A program made the translations under genes and the position numbers. A model generated the notes under the pieces. That model made no database searches, was not told the origin of the DNA, and saw nothing but the letters and a program-made list of their open reading frames with translations. Shown here piece after piece: positions 31,381 to 45,238 of a stretch of DNA of 64,000 nucleotides. The first letter of the stretch is position 1. The number at the start of each line of letters is the position of its first letter. The DNA comes from the human T2T-CHM13v2.0 reference genome, Homo sapiens, in NCBI RefSeq assembly GCF_009914755.1, contig NC_060947.1. One strand, 5' to 3'.

Positions 31381-33015
31381 TTCTCAATTTATTTCTAATT
31401 GAGCTTATTTGGATCTTCTCCCTGCTTTTTTTTCCCACTAATCTCACTAATGGTCTGTCAATTTTTTTATCTTTTCAAGTAACCAATTTTATGTTTTCTT
31501 TATCTTTTCCATGTTTTTTATTCTGTGTCAATTTCATATAATTCTACTCTGATCTTGGTAATTTTTTTTTCTTGTGCTGGATTTGGGTTTGGTTTCTTCT
31601 TGTTTCTATAGTTCCTTGAGGTGTGACCTTAGGTTATCTATTTGTGCTCTTTCTGTTTGAAGTAGGCATTTAATGCTATAAACTCTCCTCTTAGCACCAC
31701 TTTTGCTGTATCCCACAGGTTTTGATAGGTTGTGTTGCTATTATCATTCAGTTTAAATAATTTTTTAATTTCCGTCATGATTTTATTGTTGACTCAATGA
31801 TTATTCAGGAAAAGGTAATTAATTTCCATGTATTTACATTGTTTTGAATGTTCCCTTTGGAGTTAATTTTAGTTTCATTCCACTGTGGTCTGAGAGAATA
31901 CTTGCTATAATTACCATGTTCTTAAATTTATGGAGACTTATTTTGTGACCTATCTTATGGTGTCTTGGAGAATATTCCGTGTTCTGGTGAATAGAATGTA
32001 TATTCTGCAGTTGTTGCATAGAATGTTTTGCCAATATCTGTTAAGTCCATTTATTCTAGGGTATAGTTTAAGTCAATTCTTTCTTTGTTGACTTTCTGTC
32101 TTGATGACATGTCTAGTTCTGTCAATGGAGTGTTGAATATTCTCATTATTATTGCCTTGCCATCTATCTCATTTCTTAGTTCTAATATTAATTCTTTTAT
32201 GAATTTGGGAGCTCCAGTGTTTCATGCATATATATTTAGAACTGTGATATTTTCTTTTTGGACAAATGCTTTTATCATTATGTGATGCCCATCTTTGTTT
32301 TTTTAACTGCTGTTGCTTTAAAGTTTGTTTTGTCTGATATAAAAATAGCTACTCCTACTCATTTTTGTTGTCCATTTGAATGAAATATCTTTCCCCACCC
32401 TTTTACCTCAAGTTTATGTAAGTCTTTATGTGTTAGGTGAGTCTCTTGAAGACAGTAAATACTTGGTTGGTGGATTCTTATCTATTTTGCCATTCCGTAT
32501 CTTTTAAGTGGAGCATTTAGGCCATGTATTTTCAACAGTAGTATTGAGATATGAGGTACTATTCTATTCATTATGGAAGTTGTTGCCTAAATACCTTGTT
32601 TTTGTAATTGTGTTATTGTTTTATAGGTCTTGAGAGATTTATACTTTAAGGAGGTTCTTTTTTGGTTTATTTCACAGATTTAAGATTTACAGCTCCTTTG
32701 AGCAGTTCTTATAGTGCTGCCTTTCTAGTGGGGAATTCTCTCAGCATTTATTTGTCTGTAAAAGACTATCTTTCCTTCATTTATAAAGCTTAGTTTAGCT
32801 GGTAACAGAATTCTTTGCTGGTAATTGTTTTGTTTAAGGAGGCTAAAGATAGGGCCCCAATCCCTACTAGCCTGTAGGGTTTCTACTGAGAAATCTTCTG
32901 TTAATCTAATAGGTTTTCCTTTATAGGTTACCTGATGCTTTTGCCTCACAGCTCTTAGGATTCTTTCCTTTATCTTGACTTTAGATAACATGATGACTAT
33001 GTGCTTAGGTGATGA

Positions 33016-33310
<295 letters not shown>

Positions 33311-34784
33311 AGGTGATGATGTTTTTGTGATAAATTTCCCAGGTGTTCTTTGGGCTTCTTGTATTTGGATGCCTAGATCTTTAGCAAGACCAAAGACCTT
33401 TTCCTCAATTATTCTTCTAAATATATTTTCCAAACTTTTGGGTTTCTCTTCTCCTTCAGGAACAGCAATTATTCTTAGGTTTGGTCATCTAGCATAACCC
33501 CAGACTTCTTGAATGGTGTGTTTATTTTTTAAAAATTCTTTTTTTCTTTTTCTTTGTTGGATTGGGTTAACTCAAAAGCCTTTTCTTTGAGCTCTGAAGG
33601 TCTTCCATTTGCTTGTTTAATTGTATTGCTGAGACTTTCCAGTGTATTTTTCATTTCTCTGAGTGTGTTTTTCATTTCCAGAAGTTGTGATTTTTTTTTT
33701 TTATTTATGCTGTTTCACTGAAGATTTTTCCCTTCATATTTTCTATCTTTTTTTATTTCATTAAGCTGGACTTCACCTTTTTTTTTGGTGCCTCCTTGTG
33801 TAGCTTAATAATGTACATTCTGATTTCTTTTTCTGGCAATTCAGAGGTTCCTTCTTAGTTTGGATCCATTGCTGGTGAACTACTGTGATCTTTTGGGGGT
33901 ATTAAAGAACCTTGTTTGGTCATATTACCAGAATTGTTTTTCTAGTTCCTTCTCATTTGAGTAGACTCTGTCAGAGGGAAGATCTGAGTCTTAAGGGCTG
34001 CTGTTCTTATTTTTTCATCCCATACGGTTCTCCCTGGATTTGAGTGCTCAGGGATGTGGCTTCCTGAGAGCTGAATTGTGGTGATTGTTATTTCTCTTCT
34101 GGATCTAGACACCCCATGCAGCTACCAGGCTTTGAGCTGATACTGAGGAGTGTCTGCACAGTGTCCAGTGATGTGACCCATCTTCAGATCCCTCAGCCAT
34201 GGATATCAGCACCTGCTCCAGTGGAGGTAGTAGGGGAGTAAGTAGGACTCTGTGAGGGGCCTTGGTTGTATTTTCTTTATTGTGCTAGCTTTGCATTCGT
34301 TGGCCTCCAACCAGGAGGTGGCACTTTCTGGAGAGCATCAGCTGAGGTTGTATAGGGAGGATAAAAGCTTGTCCTAGGGTCAGGTGGTGGGTGAGACTAT
34401 GGAGCTCCCAATAGATTATGTTCTTTGTCTTTGACTACCAGCTTGAGTAGAGAAAGATTATCAGGTGGGGGCAGGGTTAGGCATGCCTTAGCACAGATTC
34501 CTTGAACAGGGCTTGCTGGAGCTAAGTTTTCTGGCTGTCTTTCAGAGCCTGCAGCAGCAATCAGCTCTGTACTATATTAAAAAACATTCTTTGAGAATTG
34601 TGTCTTTATTAGAATCTGGGAAGAATTTGCAATAAAAGGAAAGCAATTATTATCAATATAAATGCTAGCCCTATCTTGATTGTGGCTGTGATGTCAAGGG
34701 TGTATACATAAATAAAAACTGATCAAGTTGTACATTTTTTAAATATATTTTGTTTGGTTGGGTGAAATATGTGTACTTAATTTT

Positions 34785-35048
34785 ATTTTCAATTTTTATT
34801 TTAGATTGAGTGGGGTACAGGTGCAGGTTTGTTACATGGTTAAATTGCATGCCACAAGGGTTTGGTGTACAGATTATTTTATCACCCAGGTAATGAGCAT
34901 AGTACGTGATAGATAGATTTTTCTAAGCTCATCTTTCTCACACCCTCCAAGTGCAAGTAAGCACCTTGTCTATCGTTCCTTTCTTTGTGTTTATGTGATC
35001 TCAATATTTAGCTACCACATATAAGTGAGAACATGTGGTATTTGGTTA
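34785..35048 (-). mobile_element. L1PA16-like 3' end fragment
   Basis: ggggtacaggtgcaggtttgttacatgg...ataagtgagaacatgtggtatttgg. Confidence 0.8.
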
Positions 35049-35059
35049 TTAGGACACAG

Positions 35060-35902
35060 AAAATCAAAATCCCAAAGAAATATTACTTCACATCTGTTAG
35101 AATGGCTATTATCAAAAAGACAGAAGATAACAAGCGTTGTGAAGGGTGTGGAGAAAAGAGAAATCTTGTGCACTGTTAGTGGTAATGTAAACTAATACAG
35201 ACATTATTATGAAATATATAAAAGTTCCTCAGAAAAGTAAAAATAGGATGACCATATGATCCAGGAATCCCAATTCTAGGTGTATATCCAAAGAAATCAA
35301 AGTCAATATGCTGAAAAGATATATGCACTTCCCTGTTTATTACAGCATTATTCATAGGAGCTAACATATGAGAGCAACCCAGGTGTTCATTGTCAGATAA
35401 ATAGGTAAAGAAAATGTGGTATATGTATACAATGAAATACTCTTCATCCTTTACAAAGATGGAAATTCTGTCATTTGTGACAATATGGATAAACTTGAAA
35501 TGGCTATTATACTAAGTAATGTAAGGCAACACAAAACACAAATAATGTGTAATCACTTTTATATGGAATCTAAAGAAGGTTAACTCATAGACAGAGTGTA
35601 GAATAGTGATTATTGGAGGAAGATGGGGAAAGAGAAGATATGGGTCAAAGTATACAAAATTTCAGTTAGATAGGAGGAATAAGCTTTAGTGATCTATTGC
35701 ATGAAACAATGAATATAATAATAATGCACAGTATATTTCAAAATTACTTAAAATGTAGATTTTAAATGTTTTACAGAAAAATCATATATTTGTATTGGTC
35801 AATTAGCTTGATTAAATTATTTCACAATTTAAAAAATTTGTGAAAACATGACATTGTATCCTATAAATACATAGAGTTATTATTTGTCAATTAAGATAAA
35901 AT
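35060..35902 (+). mobile_element. L1MA (7/8-like) 3' end
   Basis: gttagaatggctattatcaaaaagac...ttcagttagataggaggaataag...tatttgtcaattaa. Confidence 0.8.
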
Positions 35903-35904
35903 TT

Positions 35905-38270
35905 TACATGGACTGGAAGAATTCATATTGTTAAGATGGCCATACTATCCAAAATAATCTACAGATTTAATAAAATCGATATCAAAATGTCAATGACATT
36001 TATTACAGAAATAGAAAAACATCCTAAAATTTATATGGAACCAAAAAAATCCTGAATAGCCAAAGCAATCCTGAACAATAATAACAAAGTTTGAGGCATC
36101 ACACTTCCACGTTTCAAAATATAACACAAGGCTATAGTAACCAAAACAGCATGGTACTTGCATAAAAACAGACACATAGACCAATGGTACAGAATAGATA
36201 ACCCAGAAATAAATCCAGATATTTACAGCCACATGATTTTGGACAAAGATGCCAAGAACATTTATTGGGAAATGGTTAATCTCTACAATAAAGGGTTCTA
36301 AGAAAACTGGATATCCACATAAAGAAGAATTAAACTAGATCTCCATGTCTCTCCCTATGTTAATGTCAACTCAAAATGAATTAAAGGTTTAAATGTAAGA
36401 CCCAAAACTATAAATCTATGAGAAGAAAATATAGGAAAAACACTTCAGGATATTAGCCTGGGAATATTTTATGACTAAGACCTCAAAAGCACACTTAACA
36501 AAAGTAAAAATAGGCAAAGGGGACTCTATCAAACTGAAAAGTTTTGGCACAAAGAAGAAATAACCAACAGCATGAAACGTACAGAATGGAAGAAAATATT
36601 TGCAAACTATGCATCTGACAGAGGATTAATGTCTAGAGTACACAAGGAACACAAACAATGCAATAGCCAAAATAAATGTGATTTTTAAATGGCCAAAGGA
36701 TCTTAATAGGCTTTTTAAAAAAAATTATATATTGTGATTTATTTTCAAGTGAACAGGGAGATAAAGGACTTCCTTATGACATATTTGGAGCCTCTCAGCC
36801 TTGTCTCATTTCCTCTCATGCTAGAACTCCAATACTTGGCTTGGAACTTGACTACTTCTAACTTCTGGCAACAGAAACTTCAGCCAGCTATGGAGAAAAG
36901 GGGCCCTCCTCTCCCACAGCTGCAGCAAAGCAGGTGTTATTCTGCATCATAAACCATCCTGGCCAATGTTTCCGAGAAAGGAAACTTCAGAGGTTGTGGC
37001 TATGCTCTGGAAAAGCTACCTTCAACTTCTGAAACGTCTGTAATCCTGATCGGGTTTCTTACTCAAGAAGTTGTGGCCTTGGGTAATGCTATATGTGTCA
37101 AAACCTTTGTTTCCTAAATAGTGTATTTGACTGGCTTCTCAGCCCTCTCTTCCAACCCATCTTCTAGAGTGACCTTTCTCAGTTCTAAGTCCACTTAAGA
37201 CAGAGGAGCTTTATCAGTGTGTCCTTCTTCTCCCTGTTTACTTAAAAATCAATAAACATTTTTCAGTGGAAGACATGCAAATTGGCAGCAAATATTTGAA
37301 AAATGCTCATTATCACTAATCCTCAGGGAAATGCAAATAAAAACCACAATGAGATATTATCTCATCCCAGTCAGAATGGCTATTATCAGAAAAGAAGCAA
37401 AAAATAATAAATGCGGGCAAGGATTTGGAGGAAAAGGAACTCTTACACACTGTTGGTGGGAATGTAAACTACTACAGCTTTATGGAGAACAGCATGGAAG
37501 CTCCTCAGAAAACTACAAAAAAACTACTTTACGAACTGATAATTTCACTACTGGGTATATATCCAAAAAAGAGAAAATCAGTATATGCAAGAGATATCTG
37601 CACCTCACGACTGTTGCTGCATTATTCACAATAGCCAAGATAAGATATGAAACCAACTTAAGTGTTTGTCAACAGATGAATGGATAAAGAAAATGTACAT
37701 ATACACAATGGAATACTATTCCACCATAAAAATAATGAAATCCTGGAATTTGTGGCAACATGCATAAGCCTCGAGGTCAGTAAAATAAGTCATGAACAGA
37801 AATATAAATACTGCATAGTCTCTCTCACACTTGGAAGCTACAAAATTTGATCTCATATGAGTAGAGAGTAGATCAGCAGTTACTAGAGACTGAGAAAGGT
37901 AGGGGTAAAGGAAGACAGAAAAAAATTGGTTAAAGTACACAAAATTACAACTAGATAGAAGAAATAATTTCTAATATTCTATAAGACTGTAGGATGACTA
38001 CAGTTAACAATAATTTATTATATACTTTTGGATAGCTGAAGGGAGGATTTTGATGTTCTCAACACAAAGAAATGATTGATAAATGTTTGAAGTGATGGAT
38101 ATGATAATTACTATTACTTTACATTACAAGTATCAAAACTTGTATTCCACAAATATTTACAATTACAATTACACTCTGTATTCCACAAATATTTACAATT
38201 ATTATGTGTCAATTAAAAATAATAAAATGTAAATAAAAATTTGAAGATAAATGTAAATTTTAAAAAAAAT
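35905..38270 (+). mobile_element. L1MA (4/5-like) ORF2 3' part and 3'UTR, interrupted at 36711-37247
   Basis: atattgttaagatggccatact...; resumes with [17 protein letters not shown]; 3' end aaaattacaactagatagaag. Confidence 0.8.
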
Positions 38271-39960
38271 ACACTGCTGATGAAATTGTAAAATTTTGCA
38301 ATCACTTTAGTAAAGTTTGGTGGTTTACAAGAAACAATTTTAAATTAAATTGCACTTATCGTACAACCAACACTTTGGTTATATTATATTATTTTACAAT
38401 ATATTTTGACTAATAATATTTACCCAAGAGGAAGAAAGCATATGTCTGCATTAATACTTTACATTGATAGTCAAAGAACTTTAATTTGTAATAATTGAAA
38501 AATTGATACAACTCAAAACGTCTGTCAACAGGTAAACAGGTACAGAAATAGTGGTATATCCAGACAATGTTCTACCATTCAGCATAAAAAGAAACAAACT
38601 AATAATATATGTGAGAGCACCAATGACAATCTCATAATATCTATAAAGGGTAAAACAAGTAAAACACAAAAAAGTACTGAATCAGTTTATTTATAAAAGT
38701 TCTAGAAAATACAAATATATGTAATTACAGAGAGCAGTTTTGTGGCTGAATAAAGATGGAGTGGAGGAAGAGAGGGAGTACAAAAGGAGTATAAAGAACT
38801 TTGAAATGTTATAAATTTGTTAATTTGTTGTGATGATAATTTCAAGAATGTTTGCATATGACAAAGTACATGAATTGTACATATTATGTAATGTTTATTG
38901 TATGTCAATTATCCCTTAATATTGCCATAAAAATACCGTTTGCTAAAGAATAAAAACCAGCAAATACCTAGTAGTTATAATCTCTTTACACTGAAAACTA
39001 TTAATATAAATGATTGCCAAGTTAAATTTAAAAAGACTTCGATAACTGAAGATACATATCATGTTCATGGATTCTGAAACTCAGTATTATTATGTCAATA
39101 CTCTTCAAATTGATTTCTATATCTGATGCAATTCCAAATAAAATTTAAATGTGATTACTGTTGTTAAAAAGTATCAAGCTTATTCCAAATTATGTATGAC
39201 AAAACCATTTGCCATGACAATCTTAAAATGAACAATGTTGGAGTACTTACACTATATCAAGAGTTATGATTACTCTACAGTAACTAAAACAGTGTGTTTG
39301 GGGTTGGAAGAATAAACCAGTATACAGAATAGAGACAAACAGACCAAAGGAAACCAACAGACAGAGTAGAGACAAAAGACCAATGTCATGGAATAGTGCC
39401 CAGAAATAAACCCATAGTTACACAGATAACTTATTTACCTTAAAACATCTTCTGCGCTACAGTGGAGAAGGTTTTGTCTTTTCAGTAAGCTGTGTTGGAT
39501 TAGATGTCTATATTTTTAAATAAACCTTGATTCCTACCTTGTACCATACACAAAAAAGTGATTCGAGTTGATTCATAGACTTAAATATAAAAGGTATAAC
39601 AGTAGAGCTTGCAGAACAAAAATTATAAATTTCTTAATAATTTTTGGAGAGGGTAAGATATTTAGAAGCAAAACATTTATAAAGACTGATATATTGAAAT
39701 TCATCAAAATTTAAAATAATCTATTTCTTCAAAAGACACTATTAAGAAAGTGAAGAAGAATATTGTAGACCAGAAAAACATAATCCCTAAACATATTCAA
39801 AACAAAGGATGTGTATTAAAATACATAAAGAACTCTTACACTTCAAAGTAAAATCAGACAATTTAAAAGGGAAAAAGACTTAAACAGACATTTCAGAAAA
39901 AGAAACTACAAGTTTATTTTTCTACAATAAGCATATACAAGAAAAAGTAGACAGATGGTA
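38271..39960 (+). mobile_element. Highly diverged L1MD/L1ME fragments (a 3' end, then an ORF2 piece)
   Basis: tttacccaagag...tatgtcaattat (3' end); atcatgttcatggatt...aaagacttaaacagacatttc (ORF2). Confidence 0.65.
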
Positions 39961-40353
39961 ACTGCTCACCTCTCCTCAGGTGAACTGTATCCAGATAATT
40001 GTATTTCAGATAAAATACACCATTTGGTCAGATTTTAAGACATAACCACAATAGCTACACTTGTTTGGGGGAATCTTTTCCCTCAAGTACATAATTATCA
40101 AACATTTTTCTAAGAAATCTTATTCTTAAGAACATTTTTTTTTTTTTGGAATGCTGATTCTGGGAACTTTGTCTCTCAGGGCACTGATTCTGAGAGCATT
40201 ATTTCTAGAAGCTGCACTACTATGTTGTTGTTGGAAACGTTACCTCTAGGAACATTTATTCTAGGAATTTTACCTTCATGAGAATTCACCCTGGAATTAT
40301 TGACAAGAAGCATAAACTTGGGAGGTTTCTTTCTAGGACAGAGGCTGCTATGG

Positions 40354-40412
40354 TAGGGTTGCCATATAAAATACAAGACATCCAGTTTAATTTGAATTTT
40401 ACTTAAACAACA
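40354..40412. mobile_element. MER53-like DNA transposon (hAT) terminal fragment
   Basis: tagggttgccatataaaatacaagacatccagtttaatttgaatttt...taaacaac matches the remembered MER53 terminus. Confidence 0.7.
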
Positions 40413-40559
40413 TTTCTGGAACCAGACTTTCACCTGTACAGAAATAGGAGAAACAACTTTCACACAACTCTGGCAGCTATCCTAAGCTATAGAAAAAACA
40501 GAAGACTGCAGAGACATAAAAATAGCAAGATGCTGTTTGTTTGTTCATTTTAAGCCTGA

Positions 40560-40647
40560 AATTCCAATTCACTGGGGCTGAGGTGGAGTTGAGAAATGTG
40601 TATTTTTATAAAATTATCCCAAATATATGACCAGGTTTAGAAACCAT
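40560..40647. mobile_element. Possible MER5A-like fragment
   Basis: ggggctgaggtggagttgagaaatgtgtattttt...aggtttagaaaccatt. Confidence 0.4.
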
Positions 40648-43012
40648 TAAATCCCTATCCGAAGGCATAGCACACATAAATTTCCCAGCCAAATAAGAGC
40701 CTTCTTTTTGTAAATGAGTCTATAAGGAATATACTACAGCATACTTCAATGTTTACCCGTGATAACATGGTAACTATTTACATACTTAAAGATTGCTATT
40801 AACTTTCCCCTCTCACATCAGTCCTCTGCTGATTCCCCAGTGACAACTATTATAATACTGAAAGATAAATGTTATTTTTACTCTGCCCACTTCTCAGTAA
40901 ACTATAGAATGGTAACTAGTTAAGTCTTCTTTGGGCAAGTAATACAGTTGTAGATAAATCATTTTTCTAATTCCAGCCTTTTATGTCTTGTACAGACAAC
41001 CTGTTTGAAAAAGTAGTCACATCAGCACTTCTAATATATTCAATTTTGATTTACCCTAATTTCTCATTTTTTCACATATTCCATACCTTAATCAGAAGCA
41101 CATGTTCAGAGAGTATCTATATGGTAATTTCCCTCAAAGTCCAAATTCCTTGCTTTATAGATGAGGAACCTGGGATAGTTACATAAATATAAAATTGTCT
41201 AAATGGCAGAGCTTGGGCTAGACCTTTCTCCTTGAAGGACAAGTGGGAAGCTTGAAAGACTGAGCATAGTTCCTGGCTTAGAAACGAGGTTAAAAGGGAG
41301 CAGGAGTAAAGAGAAAAAGAAAGGAGAAATGAGCAAAGTAATGGGAGACAGGAAAGATAATAGAGAAAGCTGAAAGAAAACATTGTAAAATTGGAGAAGC
41401 ACACACCTCTGTATTAGATCAGATGACAGTCCATCTATCATTTTCTTTTCTTTCCTTCTTTCACTTCCTAAGCCATTAATATATGAGTCTCTCTGAGATT
41501 ATGAAAAATATGGTGCAAGAAAAGCACTGCATAAAGTTTTAAGTCATCTAGAAACTGTCAAGGATTTCAGGTCCCTGAGACTATAAAGTGTTTGTTTAGC
41601 AAACGGTCAACCGAGGGTGCTGTATTGCTTCTTTGGATTTCCCCTTATAACAATGCTTTTGATTTAGGAAATGCCTTCCGATTTTGCAATAAAATCTATG
41701 GTCTTTCTCCTGAATCTCTAAAGTCATCTCCCAATTTTTTTATACCCTTAAAACTCAGACAAGCAAAACCAAAAAAACTACTCAGAGAAACTCACAAACT
41801 CATTTGCACAGGCATTCTTCATCATTTTCAACCCCCTTCTCACCAAAGGGCAAAAATAGAGACAAGTGAGAGTTGTGAAAGTATGGCAGATAACATTGCC
41901 ATCCAGTTTTTCATTTTCTTATGAATATGAGGGCCTTTTTCCCAAACAACCCACTCTCTCTCCTCTCTGTGTTCTTCAGATAAAAAAGATCAGAATGCAC
42001 ATCTTCTGGAGATTGTTAGACCTTCCTCAGTTCTGTATTCATTGGAGACGAGGCCCAAATTGATGAGAGAAAGGAACTGGTAGGGTTTATTCCATTGTAA
42101 CCTATGAGTCATAAACACTTCTCTTCTGTTTTGTTTTTTCTTGAGAACAATAAAAACTAGGATAGCCCTTTTTATTTGCTGTGAATATTCTCACCTTTTC
42201 CTGCCATATAACCTCTGAAGAAAGAAGGAGTGGGGTGGAACCCTGCTGCATATCAAAGCCATGTGAAATGTTAAGAGTCTGTTGCTCCAATATGATAGGC
42301 AAAACCTCAAACCCTCTAGACAAAATCGGAAGCTATTTTCTTAGATCACATAATTCCTGGACAAAGAAAGAAACATTAGCACTCAAAAGAAGCTTAGTCT
42401 TAGGCTTGTCTTTAAGAGCTCTTTAGTGGGAATGGATGAGTGTCACCTTCATATTGAATAAATGAGGAAATAAGAGGGGCAGGAAAATGACTTAACATCC
42501 CAGTGGGGAATGCACCTTCTTACCCCCAGGGGGCCACATAGTGATGAAGAGTCCTCTCACAGTACCTCCTGGAAAATTTGAGAGAAATCACCCATTTTGC
42601 AGCTAAGAAAGTTGAAATAATAAGCAATAGTGTGGCCTGTTGCCAGACAGTTAAAATTAAGATAAGTGTTCAATTCTTCTACATGTAATAATATATTAAA
42701 TTGAGCTCTATTATTGGAAGGCCAACACTGTGAGTTTTATCTTCAAATAGACTCAGTGACTTTCTACTGCTCCAAATCCTCTTTGAAGTCAGGAGCGATC
42801 TCATAGAATCTCGGGATTGGAGAATGTCTTAAAGTCTTCCTAGTCCAATTACCCATATGCTTAATTTTAAGAACTGAATTCTTGAGTTTTGGCATTACTC
42901 CATCCTGCCAGAGTCCTCAATCTCAGAATATCAGAGTTTCTTGAAGACCACTAAAATTTTAATGATTAAACTACTTCTTGCTTCAAACAAGTCTACAGCT
43001 TTCTTTTAAAAA

Positions 43013-43041
43013 GACACACACACACACACGTGTGCATGCAC
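43013..43041. repeat. (CA)n microsatellite extending as alternating purine-pyrimidine
   Basis: gacacacacacacacacgtgtgcatgcac. Confidence 0.85.
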
Positions 43042-44606
43042 TACAACCCAGGCAAACTTTCACTATTTCTAACATTGCTGAAAAGATACGAAACAACGAT
43101 GAAGCCATCATCTACCTAACAGTCACACTTGTAATGTAGCTGAGTCCTGTATTTTAAGCTATTCCATCATCATAATAAAAATGATATGATGACCAATAAC
43201 ATAAAGAAATTCTATAGAAAAAAATTTTAAATTAAAAGATCAAGAATGTAAATCAGAACACTAGTATCGAACTGTAGCCTGTCTGGCAATGATACTTTTT
43301 TAGATATGTGAAGTTTTAAAAATACATTTTAATCATCCAAACTGTTGTCTTATCTTTGATTTGTAAAAAAGAGAGAAAAGTTCTGCTTGGTGGTGAATAG
43401 TCACTTTTCTAAGTTTCATTTAGTGTCCAAAAGTACAGTTATAATTGTAAAGATTAAGTTATACTTCCAAAGAGAGACAATAAATAACTTGAGAAATAAA
43501 TAAGAAAGAACTCACTAAACCGATGGTGGTAGATTCAGGAGTTTAAGAAGATTGTTTTACAATTTTTTTAAAAAATCAAAGACTTGTATAGCAAAGGAAA
43601 CAATAAACAGAATGAAGAAACAGCCTGCAGAATGACACAAAATATTTACCGAGTATACATCTGATAAGGAGTTTATATCTATATTACACAAAGAACTCAA
43701 CAACTCAGAAAGAAAACAAATAACCCAATTTTAAAATAGAAAAAGGACCTGAATAGACATTTCTCAAAGGAAGACATACAAATGACTAACAGGTATGTGA
43801 AAAAATGCTCAACATCACTAATCATCAGGGAAATGCAAATCAAAACCATAATGAGCTATCACTTCACTCCCATTAGAATAGCTAGTATCAAAAAGACAAA
43901 ATAACAAATGTTGGTGAAAACTTAGGGAAAAGAGAACCCTAGTACGCTGTTGGTGGGAATAATGCATAGTCATTATGTACAGACATTATGGGAAACAGTA
44001 TGGTAATTCCTCAAAAAAAATAAAAATAGAAGTACCAAGTGATCCAGCAATCCCACTACTAGGTATATTTTCAAAGGAAATAAAACCAGTATGTCAAAGA
44101 GATATCTTCATTCTCATCTTTGCTGCCACATTATTCATGATAGCCAAGATAGGGAATCAAACTAAGTGTTCATCGGTGGATGAATGGATTAAAAACTATG
44201 GTATATATACACAGTGAAATACTGGTCAGCCATAAAAAAAGGAATTTCTGTTATTTGCAACAACATAGATGAACCTACAGGACATTATATAGGTGAAATA
44301 AGCCAGGCACAGAAATACAAGTACTCAAGGATCTTACTCATATGTGGAATGTAAAAAAGTTGATCTTATAGAAACAGAGAGGATAAGGGTGGTTATCAGA
44401 GGATGTGGCAATTGTCATGGGGCTGAGGAGGGTTGAGGAGATGTTGGTCAAAGGATACAATGTTACAGTAAGATAGGAGTAATAAATTCAATGGATCCCT
44501 GGTATAGCATGATGACTACAGTTAATGACAACATATCGTATTCTTGAAAAATGCTAAGAGAGTTTATGTTAAATGGTCTCATTACAAAAATGATAACTAC
44601 GTGAAA

Positions 44607-45238
<632 letters not shown>

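Noticed and set aside
41592-42426. 65-110 aa ORFs in the unique island
   Set aside because: No recognisable domain, and the lengths and composition are expected by chance.
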